Below, piece by piece: positions 8,363-18,172 of a stretch of 64,000 nucleotides of DNA. The notes beneath the pieces are model-generated. The model was not told the DNA's origin and did not search any database. It saw only the letters and a list, made by a program, of their open reading frames with translations. Each line of letters begins with the position of its first letter. Positions within the stretch are counted from its first letter, which is position 1. The stretch is from Flammeovirgaceae bacterium (GTDB taxonomy: Bacteria; Bacteroidota; Bacteroidia; Cytophagales; Cyclobacteriaceae). The position numbers and the translations under genes were made by a program. The stretch is from NCBI GenBank assembly GCA_020635915.1, contig JACJYU010000002.1, positions 477,608-541,607 of the forward strand, in the 5' to 3' direction.

Positions 8363-11047
8363 ATGCCACTTCCTACCAAGTACAATCCGGCCTCTGTTGA
8401 AAACAAATGGTATACCTATTGGAATGAAAACGGCCTCTTTCATGCCAGCCCCAACGCCAACAAACAACCTTATACGATAGTTATCCCTCCCCCCAACGTT
8501 ACCGGGGTGCTCCACATGGGGCATATGCTCAACAACACCATTCAGGATGTGCTCGTCCGCAAGGCCAGGATGGAAGGAAAAGCCGCATGTTGGGTGCCCG
8601 GGACAGACCACGCCTCCATCGCCACGGAAGCCAAGGTGGTGGCCATGCTTCGTGAAAAAGGAATAAAAAAATCTGACCTCGGAAGGGAGGATTTCCTACA
8701 ACATGCCTGGGACTGGAAAGAAAAATACGGTGGGATAATTCTGGAACAATTAAAAAAACTGGGGGCTTCATGCGACTGGAAGCGCACCGCCTTTACCATG
8801 GATCCAGGCTATTACAAGGCAGTGGTCCGTGTTTTTGTGGACCTTTACAACAAAGGGTATATCTACCGTGGGCTTCGGATGATCAACTGGGACGTGGAGG
8901 CAAAAACAGCCTTGTCAAACGAAGAAGTGATCTATAAAGAAGAAGGGGAAAAATCCATCCTTTACTCGGTGCGGTACAAGGTAAAAGGCACGGAAAACGA
9001 ATGGGTCGTTATCGCCACGCAGCGCCCTGAAACCATTATGGGCGATGTGGCCATTGCGGTCAACCCCACGGATGGGCGCTATAAAAACCTGATCGGAAAA
9101 AAAGTGCTGGTGCCCTTCGTAAAAAGGGAGATACCCGTGATTGCCGATGACTACGTAGACAAGGAATTTGGCACAGGCTGCCTCAAGGTGACGCCCGCAC
9201 ATGATGTAAACGACTATGAAATAGGATTGCGGCACAACCTGCCCGTGATCGATACCATAGATGACAATGGGGCCCTCAATGAAAATTGCGGGGTTCCGGG
9301 GTATGTTGGAAAGGACCGGTTTGCCGTAAGGAAGCAAATCGTAAAAGACCTGAAGGAGTTAGGCGACCTCGTAAAAGAAGAAGGGTTCGTTACCCGTATC
9401 GGCCGCTCAGAAAGGACCAATACCGTGGTGGAGCCAAAGCTCTCTTTACAATGGTTTGTGAAAATGAAAGAAATTTCACGGCAAGCCTACCAGGCCGTGG
9501 AGAATGACGAAATCAAGCTCCACCCTGCGAAGTTCAAAAACACTTATCGCCACTGGATGGAAAACGTGAGGGACTGGTGCGTCTCGCGCCAACTCTGGTG
9601 GGGGCACCGCATCCCTGCCTACTTTTATGGCAAGGGGGATGATGATTTTGTAGTGGCAGAGACCCCCGGGGAGGCTGCCATATTGGCCTCGAAAAAAACA
9701 GGAAAAAAAATAGAAGAAAGCGACCTTCAACAAGACCCTGACGTGTTGGACACCTGGGCTTCCTCCTGGCTATGGCCCATCGAAGTATTCCATGGCTTTG
9801 ACGATACCTGTTACGACCGCGAAAAAGGGAAAGTAAACCGCGCTGCCAATGCAGACCTCAACTACTTCTACCCCACACAAGTATTGGTGACTGCCCCGGA
9901 AATATTGTTTTTCTGGGTGGCCCGTATGATCATTGCCGGGTATGAATATATGAACGAGCGTCCATTTGAAGATGTTTACCTGACCGGGATTGTCCGCGAC
10001 AAGCTGGGAAGGAAAATGTCAAAATCACTGGGCAACTCCCCCGATCCCCTGCAATTGATTGGCAAGTACGGGGCAGATGGCGTAAGGGCAGGCATGCTCT
10101 TCAGCTCCCCGGCAGGAAATGACCTTTTATTTGACGAAAAGCTTTGTGAGCAAGGAAGGAATTTCTCCAACAAGGTATGGAATGCCTTTCGTTTGGTAAA
10201 AGGGTGGGAAACCAAAGAAAACACGCCACCGGAAGAAAACCAGGTGGCCGCCACGTGGTTTGCTTCGCGGCTCAACCAGTCCATGGCCGAACTTCAATCC
10301 CATTACTCCAAATTCAGGATTTCTGACGCGCTCCTGACGGTATATAAACTGGTATGGGACGACTTCTGTTCCTGGTACCTGGAAATAATAAAGCCGGCCT
10401 TTGGCCAACCTATAGACGAAGCAACGCAGGCCAAAACCATAGGCTTTTTTGAAACTATTTTGAAGTTGCTCCATCCTTTTATGCCCTTTATTACCGAAGA
10501 GCTTTGGCACGAACTGGGCGAAAAAGACGAAAGCGATTGCATCCTCGTTGCCCCTTACCCGGCCGCTGCCGGCTTTGACACCGAAATAACAGAACAAGCC
10601 GCAGTTGCCTTTGAAGTGGTCACACAGATAAGGAACATACGGAACACAAAAGGCATATCGCCAAAAGAGCCTGTAAGCCTTATTGTGGGCGAAGCCGGCA
10701 AACAAAAGGCCATGCCCTTTGCCTCCATAATCCAAAAAACCGCCAATGTAAAAGAGGTGTCGTTTACGAATGACAAGCCGGCCAATGGCGTGGTGTTCAT
10801 TGTTCAATCCGTTGAATTTTTCATTCCCCTGGAGGGGAAAGTGGACATGGAAAAAGAAGGGGCGGCCATTCAAAAAGAACTGGAGTACGCCCGCGGCTTT
10901 CTCGCTTCGGTTATGAAAAAGCTAAACAACGAGCGCTTTGTAAAAGGGGCGCCTCCCGCAGTGCTCGAAGCAGAGCAAAAGAAAAAGGCGGACGCGGAAT
11001 CCAAGATCGCCCTGTTGGAGGAAAACCTTAAAGCGTTGCAAGGCTAG
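8363..11047 (+). CDS. valS: Valine--tRNA ligase
   Basis: 894 aa. HIGH-class motif PPPNVTGVLHMGH, KMSKS motif GRKMSKSLGN, and a C-terminal coiled coil (EQKKKADAESKIALLEENLKALQG). Confidence 0.97.
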   Translation: MPLPTKYNPASVENKWYTYWNENGLFHASPNANKQPYTIVIPPPNVTGVLHMGHMLNNTIQDVLVRKARMEGKAACWVPGTDHASIATEAKVVAMLREKGIKKSDLGREDFLQHAWDWKEKYGGIILEQLKKLGASCDWKRTAFTMDPGYYKAVVRVFVDLYNKGYIYRGLRMINWDVEAKTALSNEEVIYKEEGEKSILYSVRYKVKGTENEWVVIATQRPETIMGDVAIAVNPTDGRYKNLIGKKVLVPFVKREIPVIADDYVDKEFGTGCLKVTPAHDVNDYEIGLRHNLPVIDTIDDNGALNENCGVPGYVGKDRFAVRKQIVKDLKELGDLVKEEGFVTRIGRSERTNTVVEPKLSLQWFVKMKEISRQAYQAVENDEIKLHPAKFKNTYRHWMENVRDWCVSRQLWWGHRIPAYFYGKGDDDFVVAETPGEAAILASKKTGKKIEESDLQQDPDVLDTWASSWLWPIEVFHGFDDTCYDREKGKVNRAANADLNYFYPTQVLVTAPEILFFWVARMIIAGYEYMNERPFEDVYLTGIVRDKLGRKMSKSLGNSPDPLQLIGKYGADGVRAGMLFSSPAGNDLLFDEKLCEQGRNFSNKVWNAFRLVKGWETKENTPPEENQVAATWFASRLNQSMAELQSHYSKFRISDALLTVYKLVWDDFCSWYLEIIKPAFGQPIDEATQAKTIGFFETILKLLHPFMPFITEELWHELGEKDESDCILVAPYPAAAGFDTEITEQAAVAFEVVTQIRNIRNTKGISPKEPVSLIVGEAGKQKAMPFASIIQKTANVKEVSFTNDKPANGVVFIVQSVEFFIPLEGKVDMEKEGAAIQKELEYARGFLASVMKKLNNERFVKGAPPAVLEAEQKKKADAESKIALLEENLKALQG

Positions 11048-12267
11048 ACCCGTGCGGCCATAAACAATTCTATGTTCTTGTACTTCAATTTGAATTTCCT
11101 CCCAATGGCCTCGTTGGTAAGGTTGCCCTTATAGGAGTAAACGCCCCTCAAAAACCAGCGGTGCGACAAAATCATTTCCTCCACGCCCCCTTCTTCCTCC
11201 GCCCGTAAAATGGTGGGCGTGAAGATATTGCTTAGGGCCGTGGTGGCCGTGTGCGCCACACGGGAGGCCACATTGGGCACACAGTAATGGATCACGTCAT
11301 ACTTTTTGAACACCGGCTTGGCATGCGTGGTGATTTCGGAAGTGGCCACACACCCTCCCTGGTCAATGCTTAGGTCGATAATCAGGGAGTCGGGTTTCAT
11401 CTGGCCTACCATTTCCTCCGATACCACATGCCTTATTCTCCCCTTTTCCGCCCGCAACGCGCCCACCACCACATCGGCATTTTTCAAACTTTCGCTAAGG
11501 GTGGCCGTGTCGATGGTGGACGTATAGAACTGGTGGCCGAGGATGTGCTTTATCCTCCTCAGTTTATAGATGTGGTTGTCAAAAATTTGGATTTCGGCAC
11601 CCAAACTCAAGGCCGCCCTGCCACAGTATTCGGCCACCGTTCCCGCCCCGATAATCACCATTTTGGTAGGCGTCACCCCGGTAATCCCGCCCAAGATCAC
11701 TCCCTTGCCCTTATTGGAAGAGCTGAGGTACTCTGCGGCAATCAACAGCACGGCACTCCCTGCAATTTCGCTCATCGCCCTTACAATGGGTATGCCACCT
11801 ACCTTGTCTTCAATGAATTCCCACGCCAGGGCCGTAATCCTTTTCTTGAGCAAGGCCTGCACATACTCCCGGGTGAGGTGCCCCGGTTGCAGGGCCGAAA
11901 TCAACGTTTGCCCCGGCCTAAAATACTCTATCTCCTCCAGGGTTGGGGGCTCTATCTTAAGGATGATGTCTGCCTTGAACACCTCTTCGGCTGAATATTT
12001 GATCTTTGCCCCCGCCTCGCTGTATTCCTTGTCCGAAAATTTAGAGGCCTCGCCTGCCTTGCGTTCCACCCAAATATCATGGCCATTGTTCACCAGGATG
12101 GACACGGCATCCGGGGTCAGGCTTATCCTGTTTTCCTGCAGGGAAGTTTCCATCGGAAGCCCAATACAAAAGGCGCCCTTCTTTTTTTTCACTTTAAGCA
12201 ATTGTTCCTGCGGGGACAAACTGGACTTTGCCAGTGCCGCAAACCCTGATTTCTTTTTCTCAGTCAT
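11044..12267 (-). CDS. ald: Alanine dehydrogenase / PNT-alpha family NAD(H)-binding protein
   Basis: 407 aa. AlaDH/PNT N-domain (RISLTPDAVSILVNNGHDIWVERKAGE) and Rossmann GxGxxG/A motif (VIIGAGTVAEYCGRAA). The start overlaps the tsaE stop (ATGA). Confidence 0.8.
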   Translation of the reverse strand: MTEKKKSGFAALAKSSLSPQEQLLKVKKKKGAFCIGLPMETSLQENRISLTPDAVSILVNNGHDIWVERKAGEASKFSDKEYSEAGAKIKYSAEEVFKADIILKIEPPTLEEIEYFRPGQTLISALQPGHLTREYVQALLKKRITALAWEFIEDKVGGIPIVRAMSEIAGSAVLLIAAEYLSSSNKGKGVILGGITGVTPTKMVIIGAGTVAEYCGRAALSLGAEIQIFDNHIYKLRRIKHILGHQFYTSTIDTATLSESLKNADVVVGALRAEKGRIRHVVSEEMVGQMKPDSLIIDLSIDQGGCVATSEITTHAKPVFKKYDVIHYCVPNVASRVAHTATTALSNIFTPTILRAEEEGGVEEMILSHRWFLRGVYSYKGNLTNEAIGRKFKLKYKNIELFMAARV

Positions 12268-12707
12268 GGCAAGGTGTATTCAATTATCCTAGTATCGTTC
12301 GTGTTTTCAGATATCCTCACTTTGAAATAGTGTGCCGGATAGAGGGTGGGGATACGCTCCGGCCATTCCACAAAACAATAATTTCCCGATTCAAAATATT
12401 CCTCCACACCCATGTCGTAGGCTTCCGTTTCCTTTTCCAACCTGTAAAAGTCAAAGTGGTAGGCTGCCTCCCCTCTGTCGGTTTGGTATTCGTTTATGAT
12501 GGAATACGTAGGGCTGCCTGTGCCCCCCATCACGCCCAGGCGCTTGCAAATAACCTTTATCAGCGTTGTTTTGCCAGTGCCCATCCCCCCGTAAAAAAAC
12601 CAGGCCTTCACCGTCCCCGCTTGGGCAATCAATTCGTCCGCTACCGCTTCCAGTTCAGCAAGGGAGGCGGGCCTGCCACCCAGTGCTTTTACCCAATTTT
12701 CAGGCAT
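12264..12707 (-). CDS. tsaE: tRNA t6A37 biosynthesis ATPase TsaE
   Basis: 147 aa. Walker A GGMGTGKTTLIK followed by SPTYSIINEY and HFDFYRL, the TsaE/YjeE signature. Confidence 0.9.
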   Translation of the reverse strand: MPENWVKALGGRPASLAELEAVADELIAQAGTVKAWFFYGGMGTGKTTLIKVICKRLGVMGGTGSPTYSIINEYQTDRGEAAYHFDFYRLEKETEAYDMGVEEYFESGNYCFVEWPERIPTLYPAHYFKVRISENTNDTRIIEYTLP

Positions 12708-14262
12708 TCTTCGAAGTTAAGAAAATTAAAGGAATGATCATTTCCTCCAGGCTAACGCCCCCATGCTGAAAGGTGTCTTTGTAAAAGTTCACATAGTAAT
12801 TATAGTTGTTGGGGTAGGCAAAAAACAAGTCTTCGATGGCAAAAACATAAGAAGTGGACACATTTGACTTGGGCAGGAAAAACCTTTCCGGCTTTGCACA
12901 TTCCATCACCTTGTTGCCGTCATAATTCAGGTTCTTCCCTTGTTTATAGCGAAGGTTGGTGTTTACGTTCCTGTCGCCAATGATTTTGAAAGGACGCTTC
13001 ACCCTAATGGTCCCATGGTCGGTCGTGATGACCACCTTTGCCCTTTTTTCCGATATTTTTTTCAGGATGTCCAACAAGGGGGAATGCAAAAACCAGGAGC
13101 GCGTCAAAGACCGGTAGGCGGACTCGTCAGGGGCAAGCTCTTTGATCATGGCCATGTCGGTGCGGGCATGGGAGAGCATGTCCACAAAATTGTACACGAT
13201 TACGTTGAGGTCGTTCCCAAACAAATTGGCCACGGAGTTCACCAGGTCGCGGCCTTCTTCGGTTTTCTTTATTTTATGATAGGAATGTTTTGCCTTGAGG
13301 TTGTTCCTCCTGAGTTGCCGTGACAGGAACTCGTCTTCAAAATTGTTTTTTGCCTCGTCTTCATCGTCCCCTATCCACAAATCAGGATGGGTCTTGGCCA
13401 TGTCCAAGGGCATCAAGCCTGAAAAAAGGGCATTCCGGGAATAGCCTGTGGTGGTGGGAAGTATGGAATAGTAGGATTCTTCCCTTTCCACGTTGAAAAA
13501 ACCTTCGATGATGGGCTCCAATACCTTCCACTGGTCGTACCTGAGGTTGTCTATCACAAACACAAAAGTGGGCACCCCGTTTTCCATTTCTGGGAATACC
13601 TTCTTCTTGAACACCTGATGCGACAAGATGGGCTTGGAGGAATTGGGGTCGTTGAGCCATGACTCATAATTCCTTTTTACAAACCTGCAAAAGTTGGTGT
13701 TGGCCTCCACCTTCTGCATTTCAAAGACCTCCGCCATGTCCTTGTTGTCGGCCTTGTCCAATTGAAGTTCCCAAAAGACCAGCTTTTTATACACCTCCGC
13801 CCATTTCCCGTGGTCCAGGTCGTCCAGGAACGACATGCTGATGTTCCTAAACTCCTGCTGGTAGTTAAGGTTGGTTTTTTCTATTACCAGCCTTTTGTTG
13901 TCCAATATTTTTTTTACCGAAAGCAAGATCTGGCTGGGGTTGAGCGGTTTGATGAGGTAATCATCAATTTTGGCCCCTATCGCCTCCTCCATTATTTGCT
14001 CTTCTTCATTTTTTGTGATCATGACCACCGGAAGGGTGGGCTTTTCACCTTTTATCAGGGCAAGGGCCTCCAGCCCCGACATCCCCGGCATATGCTCGTC
14101 AAGGAAGACCACATCGAAATGTTTGGACTCGCACAAATCCACCGCGTCCGACCCATTGTTCACGGGGGTGATGTCATAGCCCCGTTGTTGCAAGAAGAGG
14201 ATGTGCGGTTTCAACAGGTCGATCTCATCGTCCGCCCACAAAATATTATACCTTTGCACCAA
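12700..14262 (-). CDS. porX: Response regulator with C-terminal PglZ/alkaline-phosphatase-like domain (PorX-type)
   Basis: 520 aa. Receiver domain (ILWADDE.., FLDEHMPGMSG, ITK) fused to a PglZ-type domain (VIDNLRYDQW, TTGYSRNALFSG, TTDHG). TTG/GTG start. Confidence 0.8.
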   Translation of the reverse strand: MVQRYNILWADDEIDLLKPHILFLQQRGYDITPVNNGSDAVDLCESKHFDVVFLDEHMPGMSGLEALALIKGEKPTLPVVMITKNEEEQIMEEAIGAKIDDYLIKPLNPSQILLSVKKILDNKRLVIEKTNLNYQQEFRNISMSFLDDLDHGKWAEVYKKLVFWELQLDKADNKDMAEVFEMQKVEANTNFCRFVKRNYESWLNDPNSSKPILSHQVFKKKVFPEMENGVPTFVFVIDNLRYDQWKVLEPIIEGFFNVEREESYYSILPTTTGYSRNALFSGLMPLDMAKTHPDLWIGDDEDEAKNNFEDEFLSRQLRRNNLKAKHSYHKIKKTEEGRDLVNSVANLFGNDLNVIVYNFVDMLSHARTDMAMIKELAPDESAYRSLTRSWFLHSPLLDILKKISEKRAKVVITTDHGTIRVKRPFKIIGDRNVNTNLRYKQGKNLNYDGNKVMECAKPERFFLPKSNVSTSYVFAIEDLFFAYPNNYNYYVNFYKDTFQHGGVSLEEMIIPLIFLTSKNA

Positions 14263-14310
14263 GCTGATTTTATTAAATTCAGCCTAATTTACGAGTTATA
14301 CGGATAAAAC

Positions 14311-15558
14311 TTGGGCGAAAGCATTAATAAAAAGAAAATCATCAATGACCCGGTGTATGGGTTTGTGCCCATTCCCGGTGACCTTATTTTCGACCTCGTT
14401 CAACATCCCTATTTTCAAAGGCTAAGGCATATAAAACAACTCGGCCTTACCGACCTGGTATACCCCGGGGCCATACACACCCGGTTCAACCACGCACTGG
14501 GCGCCATGCACCTTATGGGCCGGGTGTTGGATAGCCTGCGGCTAAAGGGGGTGGACATCACACCACAGGAATACGAGGCGTCACAAGTTGCCATCCTGCT
14601 CCACGACATCGGTCATGGCCCCTTTTCCCATGCCCTGGAGGAAACCCTTCTGTCCCATGCGGCCCACGAAAGCATCTCCTTCCTGTTCATGAAAGAGCTC
14701 AACTCCATTTTCAATGGACGGTTAAGCCTGGCTCTGCAGGTGTTTCAAAACAGTTACAAGAGAAAGTTTTTTCATCAGTTGGTAAGCAGCCAGCTCGATA
14801 CGGACAGGTTGGATTACTTAAGGAGGGACTGCTTCTATACCGGGGTGAGCGAAGGTGCCATTGGCGTGGACAGGATCGTGGCCATGCTCAATATCTGGCA
14901 AGGCCAACTGGTGGTGGAAGAAAAGGGTATCTACAGCATTGAAAATTTCCTTAATGCCAGAAGGTTGATGTATTGGCAGGTGTACTTGCATAAGACCGCG
15001 GTAAGTGCCGAGCGGATGCTGGTAAACCTGATCAGGCGGGCTCGGTACCTGGTGCAGTCCGGTGAGTCCCTGGCGTGCCCGGTATCGCTTCAATTGTTCC
15101 TGGCCCATTCTTTTTCGTTGGAAGACTTCAAGCAAAAGGAAGTGTTGGCCCACTATGGGCAACTCGATGACAACGACATTTGGGGGGCCATCAAAATGTG
15201 GCAAAACCATCCGGACCCTATATTGTCCACACTGTGCACCATGTTGCTGCACAGGAATTTGTTCAAAATCAGGTTGGCCAGCGAACCTATGGAAAAAACA
15301 ACCATCGAACATGTACGGGAGGAAATCAGCAAAAGCTATAAAGTGTTGAAAAAAGATGCCACCTACCTGTTTTCCCATGGGGTGGTCTCCAATGAGGCCT
15401 ATGTGAGCGGTGGGCAGGGCATTCATATATTGACCAAAAAGGGCGAACTGAAGGAAATTGCCGATGCTTCCGACCTTCCCAACATTAAGGCCCTTAGCAA
15501 AATCGTGAAAAAAAACTATCTATGCTGCCCTAAAAATGTATCTTTGATGAAGAAGTAG
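14311..15558 (+). CDS. HD-domain phosphohydrolase (dNTPase/SAMHD1-like fold)
   Basis: 415 aa. DPVYGFV..FQRLRHIKQLG..VYPGAIHTRFNHALG and LLHDIGHGPFSH..DTDRLDYLRRD (HD motifs). TTG start at 14311. Confidence 0.85.
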   Translation: MGESINKKKIINDPVYGFVPIPGDLIFDLVQHPYFQRLRHIKQLGLTDLVYPGAIHTRFNHALGAMHLMGRVLDSLRLKGVDITPQEYEASQVAILLHDIGHGPFSHALEETLLSHAAHESISFLFMKELNSIFNGRLSLALQVFQNSYKRKFFHQLVSSQLDTDRLDYLRRDCFYTGVSEGAIGVDRIVAMLNIWQGQLVVEEKGIYSIENFLNARRLMYWQVYLHKTAVSAERMLVNLIRRARYLVQSGESLACPVSLQLFLAHSFSLEDFKQKEVLAHYGQLDDNDIWGAIKMWQNHPDPILSTLCTMLLHRNLFKIRLASEPMEKTTIEHVREEISKSYKVLKKDATYLFSHGVVSNEAYVSGGQGIHILTKKGELKEIADASDLPNIKALSKIVKKNYLCCPKNVSLMKK

Positions 15559-15593
15559 CCGCAGGGGTATGTATCAAACCACTATTATAATTA

Positions 15594-16649
15594 ATGGAGT
15601 TTACCATTAAGCAGATTGCAGAGATGCTGGGGGGTGTTGTTAAGGGGGACAACGGCCTCAAGATCAATATGCTCTCCAAAATCCAGGAAGCCAAGGCCGG
15701 GCAGATCGCTTTTTTGTCAAACCCCAAGTACGAGCATTTTATTTATGAGACAAAGGCAAGCGCGGTGATCGTAAAAAAAGACTTTGTGCCAAAAAAGGAA
15801 GTAACCTCCAGCCTCATAATGGTGGACGACCCTTACTCCAGTTTCACGGTCCTGCTGGAGGAGTACCACAAAATGATCAGTTTTCAAAAGGAGGGTGTTG
15901 AGGAACCGAGCTTTATTGGCGATAACTGCACCGTGGGCAAGTCCAACTACAGGGGTGCCTTTTCCTATATAGGCCACAATGTAAAAATTGGCGACAATGT
16001 AAAAATATACCCGCACACCTATATTGGCGACAATGTGTCCATTGGGAGCAACACGATATTGCATGCCAATGTTAAATTGTACGCGGGCACGGTGGTGGGC
16101 AACAATTGCATTATCCATTCGGGCACGGTATTGGGCAGTGACGGGTTCGGGTTTGCCCCCCAGGAAGACGGCACCTACAAGACCATTCCCCAATTGGGCA
16201 ATGTGGTGCTGGAGGACAACATCACCATAGGCGCCAACACGGTTATTGATTGTGCCACCCTTTCGGGCGATTCCACGGTGATAAGGTCTGGCGTAAAGCT
16301 CGACAACCTCATTCAAATCGCCCATAATGTAGAGATAGGCAAAAACACCGTTATTGCTGCCCAAACGGGCATTTCCGGGTCCACCAAGGTAGGGGAAAAT
16401 TGTGTGCTCGCAGGGCAGGTGGGGATAGCCGGCCACCTGGTGATCGCCAATAAAACCAGTGTGGGGGCCCAGGCCGGCATATCCAAGTCCGTAAAAGAAG
16501 AGGGCCAGCGGCTGCTGGGCTACCCGGTGCTCGACATAAAAGAGTATTTCAGGTCATACGCGGTATTCAAGCAACTCCCCGACCTCAGCACCCGGCTCAA
16601 ACAGCTTGAACAAAAGCTGGCGGCCCTGTCTGCCGTAAAATCCGATTGA
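15594..16649 (+). CDS. lpxD: UDP-3-O-acylglucosamine N-acyltransferase
   Basis: 351 aa. LpxD N-domain followed by a long hexapeptide-repeat left-handed beta-helix (IGDNVKI.., IGSNTIL.., GSDGFGF). Confidence 0.92.
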   Translation: MEFTIKQIAEMLGGVVKGDNGLKINMLSKIQEAKAGQIAFLSNPKYEHFIYETKASAVIVKKDFVPKKEVTSSLIMVDDPYSSFTVLLEEYHKMISFQKEGVEEPSFIGDNCTVGKSNYRGAFSYIGHNVKIGDNVKIYPHTYIGDNVSIGSNTILHANVKLYAGTVVGNNCIIHSGTVLGSDGFGFAPQEDGTYKTIPQLGNVVLEDNITIGANTVIDCATLSGDSTVIRSGVKLDNLIQIAHNVEIGKNTVIAAQTGISGSTKVGENCVLAGQVGIAGHLVIANKTSVGAQAGISKSVKEEGQRLLGYPVLDIKEYFRSYAVFKQLPDLSTRLKQLEQKLAALSAVKSD

Positions 16650-16774
16650 TTTGGCCGGATGGCAGCCTTTCCCGGATTGCCCGGAGGCGATAAATTCACC
16701 CAATTGTCATAGAGGGGGCCGATTTTTTAGAATATCAGAGGAATACGGGTTAAATTTGCCCCTTTTATTACAAG

Positions 16775-18172
16775 ATGCTAAACCACAAGCAGCAAACCAT
16801 CAAGAAATCCGTGACGTTGTCCGGTGTGGGCCTGCACACAGGGATCGTCACGAACATGACCTTCCTGCCGGCCAAGCCCAACCACGGGATCAAGTTCCAA
16901 CGGATTGACCTGCCGGGATCGCCCATAATTGACGCTGATTGTGACAACGTTGTGGACGTATCGCGCGGCACTACCATAGAGCAGGGCGGGGCCCGGGTAA
17001 GCACCATTGAGCATACGCTTGCCGCCCTCACCGGCCTTGAAATAGACAACGTATTGATACAACTGGACGGCCCCGAGGCGCCCATCATGGACGGCAGTTC
17101 CATTCAGTTTGTGAACGTGCTCAACGAGGCCGGTAAAGAGGAACAAAACGCCATTCGCGATTTTTTTGAGGTGCAGGACGGCATCTTTTACAGGGAAGTG
17201 GACCGCAATGTGGAAATTGCCGCCTTGCCGCTGGACGACTACCGGGTTACGGTAATGATCGACTACAACTCCCCTGTTTTGGGAAGCCAGCACGCCTCCA
17301 TAACCAATATCAGGCAGTTTGAAAAAGAAATTGCCTCCTGCCGTACGTTCTGCTTTTTGCACGAATTGGAAATGCTCTACAAAAACAACCTTATCAAGGG
17401 CGGGGACCTCAACAATGCCATCGTGATCGTGGACCGAGTCGTTCAGGAACACGAGCTGGACAACATCGCCCAGATGCTGAACAAGCCAAAGGTGGAGGTA
17501 AAGAAAGAGGGCATCCTGAACAATATTGAACTTCGCTATAACAACGAGCCGGCAAGGCACAAACTGCTGGACATCATTGGGGACCTTACCCTGGCCGGCC
17601 GGCCGCTAAAGGCCCAGATACTGGCTGCCAGGCCTGGGCATGCGGCCAATGTGGCATTCGCCAAAAAGCTGAAAAAAGCAATGGCCGAGGCCGACAAAAA
17701 GGGGATCCCCCGCTACAACCCCAGCCTGCCACCGGTGCTGGACATCAACCAGGTTTCCAATATTTTGCGGCACCGGTATCCTTTCCTGCTCATTGACAAG
17801 ATCATCCATTTGGACCACCAAAGTGTGGCGGGCGTAAAAAACGTGACTATGAACGAGCCCTTTTTCCAAGGGCACTTCCCTGGAAACCCGGTCATGCCGG
17901 CAGTACTGCAGATCGAAACCATGGCCCAGATTGGCGGTATCTTCGTGCTCAATACCGTGCCCGACCCGGAAAACTATTGGACCTATTTCCTGGGCATCGA
18001 ATCGTTCAGGTTCAGGAAAATGGTGCTCCCTGGCGATACGCTGGTCATCCAGTGCAACCTCCTAGTCCCCATAAAGAGGGGCATTGCAAAAATGTCGGGG
18101 AGGGCTTACGTGGGCAGCACTTTGGTGTGCGAAGGCACCATGACCGCCAGCATTGTTAGAAAGGACGCATGA
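16775..18172 (+). CDS. lpxC-fabZ: Bifunctional UDP-3-O-acyl-GlcNAc deacetylase / 3-hydroxyacyl-ACP dehydratase
   Basis: 465 aa. LpxC N-part (TIKKSVTLSGVGLHTG.., HKLLDIIGDL.., GHAANV) fused to a FabZ hot-dog part (LRHRYPFLLIDKI.., FFQGHFPGNPVMP). This fusion is typical of Bacteroidota. Confidence 0.93.
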   Translation: MLNHKQQTIKKSVTLSGVGLHTGIVTNMTFLPAKPNHGIKFQRIDLPGSPIIDADCDNVVDVSRGTTIEQGGARVSTIEHTLAALTGLEIDNVLIQLDGPEAPIMDGSSIQFVNVLNEAGKEEQNAIRDFFEVQDGIFYREVDRNVEIAALPLDDYRVTVMIDYNSPVLGSQHASITNIRQFEKEIASCRTFCFLHELEMLYKNNLIKGGDLNNAIVIVDRVVQEHELDNIAQMLNKPKVEVKKEGILNNIELRYNNEPARHKLLDIIGDLTLAGRPLKAQILAARPGHAANVAFAKKLKKAMAEADKKGIPRYNPSLPPVLDINQVSNILRHRYPFLLIDKIIHLDHQSVAGVKNVTMNEPFFQGHFPGNPVMPAVLQIETMAQIGGIFVLNTVPDPENYWTYFLGIESFRFRKMVLPGDTLVIQCNLLVPIKRGIAKMSGRAYVGSTLVCEGTMTASIVRKDA

